Below, piece by piece: positions 1 to 8,431 of a DNA stretch of 24,240 nt (position 1 is its first letter; each line of letters opens with the position of its first letter). Location: the IMG/VR virus record IMGVR_UViG_3300020043_000527, positions 1 through 24,240 of that record, one strand, 5' to 3'. The stretch is from a virus (lineage: Duplodnaviria; Caudoviricetes). Below the pieces are notes generated by a model, which saw nothing but the letters and a program-made list of their open reading frames with translations, was not told where the DNA came from and did no database searches. The position numbers were made by a program, and so were the translations under genes.

Positions 1-2
1 TG

Positions 3-617
3 GCATCACTGCCGCCCATCAAATGCTTCGTTCGCAAAGAGTTCTTGTATAACTTCCAGAAGGGCCATGGCGAACTAGAGCCAGCCATCTGGGTCAGCCT
101 CAAAGCCCTGCGTGGCCAAGTGTTTCGCATTGAGTCGCTGTTGCCTGCGTATGGTGCTTTGTATGACAAGCTGCCGATCCATGCCTATGTCTGGCAAACC
201 GAGCATGGTGACTTGCCCGTTGACACGCTCCAGCTGTGGGACTGCATGGGCTACCGCTTTACGATCATTGAGAAAATTGGCCTGCGTAACCTTGGCGTCA
301 AGTTCCTTGGCAAAGACAAAGAATGGCACTTCGGGCGCTATCTGTTTACGGTGGACTTCTGCGCCGAGGGTATGGACTTGGACACTGGCTTTACCGAGCA
401 AGCCGAGGAACACAAATCGTTTAACTGGATTGCGCTGGACAACGGCCAGTTTGCCTGCCAGCCCAACAACCGATGCCTGTGGTACGACCAGAGCCTGATC
501 CCTGCTGAGACAAAGTTTCCAGACTTCCAAGCGGCGCAGCGCCTGTGGACGGTTGACGGCACACGCAAATGGTCAGCCGGTGACGATTGGTTCTATGACA
601 TCAAGGAGAGAGCATGA
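3..617 (+). CDS. Conserved phage hypothetical protein, 5'-truncated by the window edge
   Basis: Frame is open from base 3 (ASLPPIKCFVRKEFLYNFQKGHGE...), so the track's TTG at 45 is internal. Motifs YGALYDKLPIHA, LQLWDC, EHKS and GQFACQPNNR resemble an uncharacterised family I recall from aquatic phages. Confidence 0.8.
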   Translation, partial: ASLPPIKCFVRKEFLYNFQKGHGELEPAIWVSLKALRGQVFRIESLLPAYGALYDKLPIHAYVWQTEHGDLPVDTLQLWDCMGYRFTIIEKIGLRNLGVKFLGKDKEWHFGRYLFTVDFCAEGMDLDTGFTEQAEEHKSFNWIALDNGQFACQPNNRCLWYDQSLIPAETKFPDFQAAQRLWTVDGTRKWSAGDDWFYDIKERA

Positions 618-781
618 GTAACAAACCAGACTTTTCTACATGGAACCAGGCTAACTTGGCCAAGTTTGCCGAAGAAGCATACGCCAAGTTGTGTGAGCAA
701 GATGACCGCATTCAGCACTTACAGTGCGACTTAAAGACGGCCATTGAGGCTTACCGCGCTGTGACTAAACAAACGCCCTAG
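614..781 (+). CDS. Small hypothetical protein, 55 aa (MSNKPDFSTWNQANLAKFAEEAY...VTKQTP), not in ORF track
   Basis: ATGA overlap with the upstream stop, GGAG upstream, helical-looking sequence. Overlaps the convergent endolysin gene by 17 bp. Confidence 0.7.
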   Translation: MSNKPDFSTWNQANLAKFAEEAYAKLCEQDDRIQHLQCDLKTAIEAYRAVTKQTP

Positions 782-1187
782 TGCCAGCCTTGTCAATGAT
801 CAGCGTTTGCTTGCGTGGTTTGGCCTCTGGCGTGTTGGGGATGCTAACGTGCGTCCAGCGGTCAAACTCGCGGATCACTTGATCATAGGGTAAACCCGAA
901 GCAATAATTGCCCTGACCACTTGGTCTGGCGTCATAGAGGGCACACGAATGTCAGCAGCGCAGCCGATGCGATGCTGAGAAGTATCTTTACTGCCTACGG
1001 CGTCGTTTACCGCTTTACTGCGGAACGCGCTGTTGACCATAATCGGCTTACCGCCAAGAACAGTTTTGACTTCTTCCAAGAATTCAGCAAGTCTTTGAAT
1101 GTTTGCAAGTTCGGTTTCATTTGGTGTGTTATCCAATGTTCGGTGATCGGTGTGCGTCAGTTCGTCAAGTGTGAAGTGCGGCGTCAT
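765..1187 (-). CDS. Endolysin, peptidase M15A (Zn D-Ala-D-Ala carboxypeptidase-like fold)
   Basis: HFTLDEL N-terminus, SAFRS, SQHRIGCAAD (SxHxxGxAxD) and WTHVS zinc-ligand motifs; last gene of the lysis cassette. Confidence 0.9.
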   Translation of the reverse strand: MTPHFTLDELTHTDHRTLDNTPNETELANIQRLAEFLEEVKTVLGGKPIMVNSAFRSKAVNDAVGSKDTSQHRIGCAADIRVPSMTPDQVVRAIIASGLPYDQVIREFDRWTHVSIPNTPEAKPRKQTLIIDKAGTRAFV

Positions 1188-1594
1188 TTCTTGCTCCTCA
1201 TGTCTGCAAGTTTCTCAACTGTACGGCCACCAAAGTAAGCCAAGAAAATGATCTGCCCCCACTGGCCAAGCAGCTGGACGTAGGACTCTTGTGCGTTATA
1301 ACCAAACGCCGACATCATGGTGAACACAAAGTAGGCCACGAAGATGGCTATTAGGGCCATAGGACGAATATTTTTAGACAGCCAAGAGTCTGACCCCATG
1401 TCTGCTGTCCAGCGGTCTGTGACGGCTGTTTGTTCTACCTCAAATAATTTGGTGTCGTTGGCCATCTTGGCCAGTTCGCCGTCTTGCGCCAGTTTAGCCA
1501 ACTCCAGTTGCGCTTTGGCTTTAGCCTCTGGGTCTGGGATCAGCTTGTCAATCAGCTTGCCGCCCACGTTTAGGATTGCGTCTAGTCCAATCAT
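1184..1594 (-). CDS. Holin, GTA-type 3TM holin family-like
   Basis: LIDKLIPDPEAKAKAQLEL N-terminus, SWLSKNIRP, two hydrophobic helices, YFGGRTVEK C-terminal motif; directly upstream of the endolysin. Confidence 0.8.
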   Translation of the reverse strand: MIGLDAILNVGGKLIDKLIPDPEAKAKAQLELAKLAQDGELAKMANDTKLFEVEQTAVTDRWTADMGSDSWLSKNIRPMALIAIFVAYFVFTMMSAFGYNAQESYVQLLGQWGQIIFLAYFGGRTVEKLADMRSKK

Positions 1595-2202
1595 TGTTTG
1601 CTCCTTGAAAGCATGGTTGCTGCAATTTCCATCATGGTTCTTGCCACTTGAATGTCAGCGGGTTCATTATCCCAGCCAACAGTAATTTGGCCAACAAATC
1701 GGTTTGGGTCAGGAGGGATGCTGATCCGGCAAGTGTAAGTGACGCCCTTGGCGATGTACCACAAGCCCATCTCGGATTGCGCTGATCTGTACTCGCCGCA
1801 AGGTATTTCGCTGGCCATCAGCCTGACCACATCAGCGTTATTGGCTGAGTTCTGGGTAAACAGGCCCACATCTAGCCCATCGTTGGTTTTGTCTCGGCCT
1901 TCTTTGGTATAAGCGCGGTGCAGCACTCTGGTTCCAAACATGGGGTTTACTTTGAACACGGCCACAATGGTGGCGTTGGTGGTTTTAAATAAATGAGCAG
2001 CAGCGTCTTCTACTCTGTCCTCAACAATGCTTGGCATCTTCTTGGACTCTTTGTACGCGCCCATCAGCAGTTCTTGGTTCTGCCAAACAAAGTAACCAGC
2101 AAAGGCAAACACCGCCATGAGGATCAGCGCAAACAGCTTGAACGGGCTATCCACATAGGACAGCACCTTGCTTAGTACATCTGCTGGCTTTTCGTCACTC
2201 AT
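1591..2202 (-). CDS. T4 holin T-like protein: single N-terminal TM plus soluble GAF-like domain
   Basis: One TM (FKLFALILMAVFAFAGYFVW) then about 160-aa alpha/beta domain; segments resemble T4 gpT as recalled from memory (see finding). Confidence 0.6.
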   Translation of the reverse strand: MSDEKPADVLSKVLSYVDSPFKLFALILMAVFAFAGYFVWQNQELLMGAYKESKKMPSIVEDRVEDAAAHLFKTTNATIVAVFKVNPMFGTRVLHRAYTKEGRDKTNDGLDVGLFTQNSANNADVVRLMASEIPCGEYRSAQSEMGLWYIAKGVTYTCRISIPPDPNRFVGQITVGWDNEPADIQVARTMMEIAATMLSRSKQ

Positions 2203-2336
2203 AGACCAAACATCCCTAGTAATTTTTTGGCAACATTATCGGGCAGGAACTTGAGCAGTCCAAGCACCCACCACGCCACGCACAGCCTGACAAAGACTTT
2301 GAGGAAAAGGTCAAACTGTTTCTGGTACTCATTCAC
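2199..2336 (-). CDS. Small membrane peptide, 45 aa (MNEYQKQFDLFLKVFVRLCVAWWVLGLLKFLPDNVAKKLLGMFGL), not in ORF track
   Basis: GTG start overlaps the upstream TGA (GTGA) and its stop overlaps the next ATG (ATGA), filling the gap exactly; hydrophobic/amphipathic. Confidence 0.75.
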   Translation of the reverse strand: MNEYQKQFDLFLKVFVRLCVAWWVLGLLKFLPDNVAKKLLGMFGL

Positions 2337-2830
2337 CGACCACACCTTGTCTTAGCGCACAGTTCGGCCATCTCGTTAAGCCCCCAGCCAATAGCGCCAA
2401 TAAGCATCACAATCACCACAATACCTACCGCCCACTCCAGCTGTTCTTGCTCGGCCTCTTTGCGTTTTTTCTCTTCTTCTTTGGCTTGACGGGCGGCTAT
2501 GGCATCATCCCTGTCCATTTCGGCGGCTCTGGCTTTGATCTTGTTCCACACGTCTATGTGGCCAGTCTGCATATAAAGCAATTGCAATTCAGATTCCAAT
2601 TTGGCCGAATTCATCAATGCATTTTCTATCTGCATCGCCAAGGCAAAGTTGGACTTATTGCCAGACCGTTTGGCCTCGACCATAGCCTTAGTAGCCTGGC
2701 TCTTCGCGTCAAAGAGCCGACCGACCATAACCCCTAGGCCGCCTAAATCATTGGCAACCTTACTCGCTTTTTTAACGAGTCCAATCGCCTGCTGTAAACC
2801 TTCCAGCGCCGTGATGGGATCGATGATCAT
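2333..2830 (-). CDS. Lysis-cassette membrane protein, helical/coiled-coil with C-terminal TM
   Basis: IDPITAL amphipathic N-terminus, charged coil (AKEEEKKRKEAEQEQ), TM WAVGIVVIVMLIGAIGWGL; translationally coupled on both sides. Confidence 0.75.
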   Translation of the reverse strand: MIIDPITALEGLQQAIGLVKKASKVANDLGGLGVMVGRLFDAKSQATKAMVEAKRSGNKSNFALAMQIENALMNSAKLESELQLLYMQTGHIDVWNKIKARAAEMDRDDAIAARQAKEEEKKRKEAEQEQLEWAVGIVVIVMLIGAIGWGLNEMAELCAKTRCGR

Positions 2831-3051
2831 TTATCAACTTTACCATCCAGTTTGTCAAAAATCTTACCGAGCATTTCCCGAACATCTTTTATGTCATTGC
2901 GATAGTCATCGCGGGTGACATAGTTCAAAGGCATACTGCGCACATCGCCATCAAGCCGGTCAATGGCCTGATAGATGCGGTTCAATGTCCAACCACCAAA
3001 GAAGCCTGCTGCGGCTACAGAGATGTTGAATAAAACTTGGTAGTCCATCAT
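2827..3051 (-). CDS. Small membrane protein (N-terminal TM + coiled coil), holin/antiholin-like
   Basis: VLFNISVAAAGFFGGW TM, then YVTRDDY...IFDKLDGKVDK; first gene of the lysis block. Confidence 0.65.
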   Translation of the reverse strand: MMDYQVLFNISVAAAGFFGGWTLNRIYQAIDRLDGDVRSMPLNYVTRDDYRNDIKDVREMLGKIFDKLDGKVDK

Positions 3052-4967
3052 TCGGCCATGCCCGTTAAGTCAATTTTGACTGGCTTATTGTTTAAAGCGT
3101 TTTTGTTTGTTTGCTTTGGAGCCAACTGATTTGGTTGCTTTAAAGACTCTTGAAGTTGTTTTTTGTACTGTCTTTCACGGGCAAACTCAGCGGCGGTTTG
3201 AGTGCCTGGAATCTTAAATGGCAATTTTTGCAAGGCTTCAAGGCCACGCAAAACAGCGCCAGCCGTGTTGGGGTAATTCACTGCGCCTGGCTCTTTTACC
3301 ATCACGTCAGCAATACTTTTCTTCAAATCAAGAAGCGTATCTCTGCCGGTCTTACCAAACATGTAGCCAAGTTTGTCTTCTCGATCAAGCTGAGTGACAA
3401 AATTATTGAAATTGTTTAGACGGATATTGTCTGTTTCATCGCCCTGCTTGAGCAACAAATCTTTCATTCGTTGCAAGGTATAACCTTGCAACTCTTTGTA
3501 AGCCTGTTGGCCTTCTGGCGTTTTCTTAAGCAATGATGTGACGGTTCTCATCTCTTCCAATGAGCCGTCAAGCACGACATGGTTGTAAACATCATCCAAT
3601 GCCACTTTGCGATCTGTCTTGCCAGCTTTTGTGCTTAACAACTGATCAACTCTGTTTACATCTTCAAATTGTTTGGCCAACTGTTTGCGCTCAGTTCTGG
3701 CTGCGCGATATAGATCACCGCCAGCGCCTTCGGTCATGTCATTAATAACGCCTTTGACTTGACCCATAAACCTTGCCGCAGATGGATTGCCTTCCGCTAA
3801 GTTGCCAGCAGACTTGTAAATGTTTTCCAAGTCATCAATTGTTATTTGATTGCCAGTTACCTTCTTAAGCGCATCTAATTTTGCGCCAATGGTTTGTATT
3901 TGCGGTACAGAAATAGCTTCTGGCGCGTTGTCAGCCAACCATTGTTCTAGTTTGGCAGTGTCAACAATTTGTTTTGTTTCACCAGAATCTCTGGCCGCTT
4001 GATAAGCCTGATCAACTTTTTTTAGTTTGTCTTGGTATTGTTTTACCAACGCCTTATCAACAACAGTGCCAACTGCGCGAGGTGTGCTGCGGTCAATTGT
4101 GCCGCCAACTTCCTCGGTCATGCGCTCAAACTGGTTAAGGATGTCTTGCTTTTGGCCAACCTTGAAAGCGCCGTACTGTCTGCCTAATTCAGCTTTAACG
4201 TCTTCAGACACGCCAGGCAAAGCGCCTCTTTGAACATCTGACTCAAACTGCTGTTTTTGTAAATTCTTTTCACGCTCACCAGCTGTTGCGCGAATACCAA
4301 ATTGTTCCAACCGTTGCTGACGCATCAAGTCTTCAGCCGTGCTGGCCGCGCCCATGCCAACCATGCTAGGTTGTTGTTCGCGTGTCATCACATTAGCTAA
4401 GGCATTACGCGCTGGTGCGGTTGCTTGAGTAACCATAGGGCGAACAACTCCGCCAGTCTGCATCATAGCCGCGGGAGCCAAAGCGTTGAGCGTTGTACCA
4501 GTTGCGGCAAGTGTTGGTGGCAAAGCGCCAGTAATTGGCTGTAAAAACTCACCAACAGCGCCCAAGGCTTCTCTGGCCGTCTGTGTGCGTGGCTGATACT
4601 GAACAGCCTTCATGGCTTCTTGGCCAGCGCGAATGCCTTCTTGTGTGCCATATTTGCCACTGGTCAAAGTGCCAACAGCGCCAACAATTGGAGCAATTGC
4701 ACCACCAGCCAAAGTAGCGCCAAACGCCAAAGGCGTTTCAATTACGCCCATAATGCGGTCACGCATAGAAACTTCTGGTGGCTTAACACCAGTCACAACA
4801 TTCTCAGCGCCAGGGATTGCAGTAGCCGCACCTAATCCGATGGTCTTGTAAAACTCCATCTTTGGCATCTTTGAATAAAATTTCTGATGCAATGAATCGG
4901 CCAGAGCAACGTCTGGCACAGAATCATATTGAGGATACTGTGCGCGGAATTCTGCAAGTGTTGCCAT
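3048..4967 (-). CDS. Internal virion / DNA ejection protein (largest of three)
   Basis: 639 aa, helical, Gly/Ala-rich hydrophobic stretch (LAFGATLAGGAIAPIVGAVG); third gene of the ejection block by synteny with P22-like phages. Confidence 0.65.
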   Translation of the reverse strand: MATLAEFRAQYPQYDSVPDVALADSLHQKFYSKMPKMEFYKTIGLGAATAIPGAENVVTGVKPPEVSMRDRIMGVIETPLAFGATLAGGAIAPIVGAVGTLTSGKYGTQEGIRAGQEAMKAVQYQPRTQTAREALGAVGEFLQPITGALPPTLAATGTTLNALAPAAMMQTGGVVRPMVTQATAPARNALANVMTREQQPSMVGMGAASTAEDLMRQQRLEQFGIRATAGEREKNLQKQQFESDVQRGALPGVSEDVKAELGRQYGAFKVGQKQDILNQFERMTEEVGGTIDRSTPRAVGTVVDKALVKQYQDKLKKVDQAYQAARDSGETKQIVDTAKLEQWLADNAPEAISVPQIQTIGAKLDALKKVTGNQITIDDLENIYKSAGNLAEGNPSAARFMGQVKGVINDMTEGAGGDLYRAARTERKQLAKQFEDVNRVDQLLSTKAGKTDRKVALDDVYNHVVLDGSLEEMRTVTSLLKKTPEGQQAYKELQGYTLQRMKDLLLKQGDETDNIRLNNFNNFVTQLDREDKLGYMFGKTGRDTLLDLKKSIADVMVKEPGAVNYPNTAGAVLRGLEALQKLPFKIPGTQTAAEFARERQYKKQLQESLKQPNQLAPKQTNKNALNNKPVKIDLTGMAE

Positions 4968-6442
4968 TATCTAATCCCCAGTCCCAATGGATCGTTTGCG
5001 GTTGCACCTGATATGCCACCAGCCGCGCCGCCTGGCAATCCTTCAAGCGCTTTTCTTGATGCTTTAGGCACACGGCCATAGGTGGTTTCAAGATTTGTTG
5101 TGCTGCGTTTCAACATGTCTTCAATAACTTTAACTTGCTCATTAAAACCTTCTTTTGTTTTAAATTTGCCAGACCATGAAGCAGGGTTAGTCAATTGCGA
5201 CTCAATAATTGACATGTCAGGGCCAGTCAATGCACCAAGTGTGTACAAGTCTTTGACACCCATTAACAGTGCTGTGTACTTGGCCGTCATCCTAGATGTA
5301 TCTGCACCAGAGGGAAGATATTTAGCGCCTGTAAATAAATTTTTATTAATTTCTTCTTTAAAGTCTTTAAGAGAACCAGCCAAACCAGCCAATTGCATGT
5401 CTGTGTCATTAAACTTAACGGGCGCTTCTTTTTTACCGCCAACAGGCATACCAGGCATTCTTGCACCAACTTCGGCAGGCATAGGCATGGCCGCAGGCGC
5501 CGCAGTCTGGTCAAGCACACTGGTCATGCCTGGAATGGCAGGGGTGCGCTGACCAGGCAATGCAGCTGGTGGTTGACGCATCATGCTTGCGCCTGGTGCG
5601 GCTGTTGGTGCAGCCTGAATGCCCATTGGGCCGTACACCACAGGAGTGGCCACGCCAGTTCTTGTATTGATCGCCAACAAGCCGCTTGGGTCTTCTTGGA
5701 TTGACATTGTTGGATTGGCTTTTTCAAACTCAAACTTGGATTTATCAAATGCCAAACGAGCCGCAGCATTTTGATCAGCATAAGTCATGCCTTTTGTAAA
5801 CTCACTGCCTGGCACAAGGGTAGCTGGGCCACCAAGTCCAGCGCGAGTCATTAAACGGCCACCAGTGCCTGTGTCTTGGGCAAAGGTAACTGGTTTGTTT
5901 TCGGTAATGTATTTGGTTGCACCAAGAGCAAACTGTTTTTTCCAATCGTCCAAGCCAGCAGGATCTTCAGGAATTCTTGCAATTTGTTGCATTAGCGGAA
6001 TTTTTGTAAGCGGCGAATCTTTCATTGCCGGATCGTTAACTACCAATTGCAAAAACTTAGCTGCATCCGCTTTATTAGAAATAATGCCTGATATGTTTTG
6101 ATACATGGCTTGCGTATCTTGTGCCAGTTTTGCTTGCCGTGCAAGGTCTTCTGACCGCGCTTTTTCAGCAGCAGTTAAATTTGTAGCAACTTCACGGCCA
6201 GCTTTACCATATCCTGTCAACAGTTGCATTCTTATGTTGGGATCATTTAAATCAGCTCTTGCAAGAAAATTGCGCGTGTTTTCTTCTTCAGCACGCGCAC
6301 GCTCATACTCAGCCATTTGCATTTGATTCAACTGATTGGCTTGTTGTGCGCCTTGAATTTGCGACAACTGAGCGTATTGCGCCAATTGATTTGGAATTTC
6401 AAGTGGCCTAACGCCAAGAGCGATGTTTGGATTAAGCGCCAT
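4967..6442 (-). CDS. Internal virion / DNA ejection protein
   Basis: 491 aa, Gln-rich helical N-terminus (MALNPNIALG...QQANQLNQMQM), Pro/Ala/Met linker; position after the gp7-like gene. Confidence 0.65.
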   Translation of the reverse strand: MALNPNIALGVRPLEIPNQLAQYAQLSQIQGAQQANQLNQMQMAEYERARAEEENTRNFLARADLNDPNIRMQLLTGYGKAGREVATNLTAAEKARSEDLARQAKLAQDTQAMYQNISGIISNKADAAKFLQLVVNDPAMKDSPLTKIPLMQQIARIPEDPAGLDDWKKQFALGATKYITENKPVTFAQDTGTGGRLMTRAGLGGPATLVPGSEFTKGMTYADQNAAARLAFDKSKFEFEKANPTMSIQEDPSGLLAINTRTGVATPVVYGPMGIQAAPTAAPGASMMRQPPAALPGQRTPAIPGMTSVLDQTAAPAAMPMPAEVGARMPGMPVGGKKEAPVKFNDTDMQLAGLAGSLKDFKEEINKNLFTGAKYLPSGADTSRMTAKYTALLMGVKDLYTLGALTGPDMSIIESQLTNPASWSGKFKTKEGFNEQVKVIEDMLKRSTTNLETTYGRVPKASRKALEGLPGGAAGGISGATANDPLGLGIR

Positions 6443-6444
6443 AA

Positions 6445-7260
6445 TTAACCTCCTCCAGGTGGTTGAACCATATACGATGGAACATTAGAATACCCACCGG
6501 TATTTACCAATTGCATATTTTGATTTCTCTGCAATGCGTTAAGCAAAGCATTGTTTTGAGAGTAGTTTAAATATGTACTCAAGCCACCAGTTAAAGCATT
6601 AGCCACGCCCACTTGACCAGCTGCTTGAGCTGCGCCAGCACCAGTCATTAAATTGCCTACATTTGTACCATATGTACCTAATGCGCCGCCAGCACCAGTT
6701 GCGTAGTTCTGACCAGCTTGGCCAACTAAATTAGTGGCAGTTTGACCAACACCAGACAATGCTGCTTGACGGTTATACAACTGGTTCTCACGCGCCACAT
6801 CAGTGTTGTAGCCAGTTAAAGCACGGTTGTATGCGTTGCCAAATTCTTGTGACCCCATCTCTTGACCATAACGCTGTGCGGCTCTTAATGCGCCACCAGA
6901 AATCAAACCGCCACGGGCAGCCGCTTGGCGATCAAGCGCTTTTTGGCCTTCTGCCAAACGGAAAGCGTAGCCTGGGTCAGCTTGATAATCGCCTGCACCA
7001 AACTTAAACGCGCCAGGTACATTACCAGCAGTGCGTTGCATCTCAGCTAAAGCGTTATAGCCAGCCGTGCGGTAAGGCGCTTGATCTTCGCGGGTTTTCT
7101 CAAACATTTCGCGTTGCAGCGCGACTTGTTGATCAGCAACTTGCTTTTGCACATCTGCGGCTTCAGATGCTGCCGCTGCTTGCGTTTTTGCAGCACTTTT
7201 AGCCGTACTTGCGCCAACTAAACTGCTGACCGCTATGGCCCCTGCTACCCATCCAGACAT
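6445..7260 (-). CDS. DNA transfer/ejection protein, P22 gp7-like
   Basis: Ala/Gly/Gln-rich, with the typical DQAPY, DPGYAFRL.EG..AL...AAARGGL.SG.AL motifs. Confidence 0.8.
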   Translation of the reverse strand: MSGWVAGAIAVSSLVGASTAKSAAKTQAAAASEAADVQKQVADQQVALQREMFEKTREDQAPYRTAGYNALAEMQRTAGNVPGAFKFGAGDYQADPGYAFRLAEGQKALDRQAAARGGLISGGALRAAQRYGQEMGSQEFGNAYNRALTGYNTDVARENQLYNRQAALSGVGQTATNLVGQAGQNYATGAGGALGTYGTNVGNLMTGAGAAQAAGQVGVANALTGGLSTYLNYSQNNALLNALQRNQNMQLVNTGGYSNVPSYMVQPPGGG

Positions 7261-8093
7261 GGCAATTCTCCTTGTAACGTGAGTCCAAAATTGACTCGCA
7301 TTGATGCTCTGTAATCTACCAGTAATTCATCGCCAGCGCATATTTTACGCGCAGCAATTGCATAAATGTCATCCCCTACTTTTTCGGGTCTGATATTGCA
7401 GTTAAATGAGTGGTTGATAAAGCGCCCGCCGGGAGTTCTTTTACCATCCACTCGACCAGGGCACACAGTTTCCCCAGCCTCAAAGTCGCGGGTTGCAAAC
7501 AACCCTTTACCGTGAATCGGCGAATCGCGCAATTCCACCGCCACGCCGTCAGGCATCTCCATCAAATCAGACTCGTTATGGACAATTGCGTCCATTTCGC
7601 CTTGAGTCAAACCGATCTGATATAGGAACGCCCCATAATCAATCTGTGCCCTTTGTGCGTCAGTGCGGCTGTCGGCAAGGCCACAGTCAGGCACGACATA
7701 CAAACGGTCTTCTAGCACCGCCAAATCATTGCAGTCGTCTGGGTTGTCATAGACATCTACCCAAACCACTTCTTCTTCAAACACTCGGCCTGCGCGTTGC
7801 ATTCCGGCCTTTGCAGGGAAGTCACATGGGCCGGTAAACACTTTAACGCCGTCATCCGTATTAACCGCAATTGTGCCCTTTTCCACTCGAACGTGGTAGG
7901 GCGTTTTGTGTTCAGCGCCAGTCAAAACAGTCCAAGCGGGGATCGTGATCTTGCGCTCGTAAACGCCAGGCTTGAAAATATGCTCGGTCACAATGTTGGC
8001 CTGCGGCATTTTTAAGAGTTCATTCTGCAACGCCAAAACCTTGCCCGTCATGGACAAGGTTGGTGCAAAACCCTTGCCGTAGGTTACACGCAT
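7245..8093 (-). CDS. Cupin-like + SET-domain fusion (putative protein lysine methyltransferase)
   Basis: C-terminal SET motifs: SPIHGKGLFATRDFEAGE, RFINHSFNCN, GDELLVDY. N-terminal beta-rich cupin-like region (EHIFKPGVYERKITIP...GAEHK...EEVVWVDVY). Confidence 0.85.
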   Translation of the reverse strand: MRVTYGKGFAPTLSMTGKVLALQNELLKMPQANIVTEHIFKPGVYERKITIPAWTVLTGAEHKTPYHVRVEKGTIAVNTDDGVKVFTGPCDFPAKAGMQRAGRVFEEEVVWVDVYDNPDDCNDLAVLEDRLYVVPDCGLADSRTDAQRAQIDYGAFLYQIGLTQGEMDAIVHNESDLMEMPDGVAVELRDSPIHGKGLFATRDFEAGETVCPGRVDGKRTPGGRFINHSFNCNIRPEKVGDDIYAIAARKICAGDELLVDYRASMRVNFGLTLQGELPCLDG

Positions 8094-8428
8094 TAGGTCA
8101 CCTCACGGCCGCTGACGCGGATATTGATTGCGCTGGCTGTGCCTGCGATTGTACTGATAAAGTCGCCAACGCCAAGCACTTGACCGACTAGTTCTGGGAA
8201 CGTATAGACCTCAGACGCTTGCAATGTTTTGGTCTTAGTGATCAAGTTGGTGTTGCCAGCAGAGCCAGCAACCGTGACCAAGTTGACGCTGATCGTAGCG
8301 GCAGACGCGCTAATGTTAGTCGCGGTGAACTTGTCAATAATGGCCGTAACGCCAGTCGCTGTGTATTGCGTGACTTGGGTTGCTTCGGCAAATTTAGCCG
8401 GTACTAATACTTTCACAGATACGGTCAT
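8093..8428 (-). CDS. Small beta-rich virion protein
   Basis: 111 aa, Thr/Ala/Val-rich, coupled within the tail block. Confidence 0.6.
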   Translation of the reverse strand: MTVSVKVLVPAKFAEATQVTQYTATGVTAIIDKFTATNISASAATISVNLVTVAGSAGNTNLITKTKTLQASEVYTFPELVGQVLGVGDFISTIAGTASAINIRVSGREVT

Positions 8429-8431
8429 GGT

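Noticed and set aside
75-568. Overlapping ORFs 75-530, 112-498 and 338-568
   Set aside because: Shadows of the conserved plus-strand gene 3-617.
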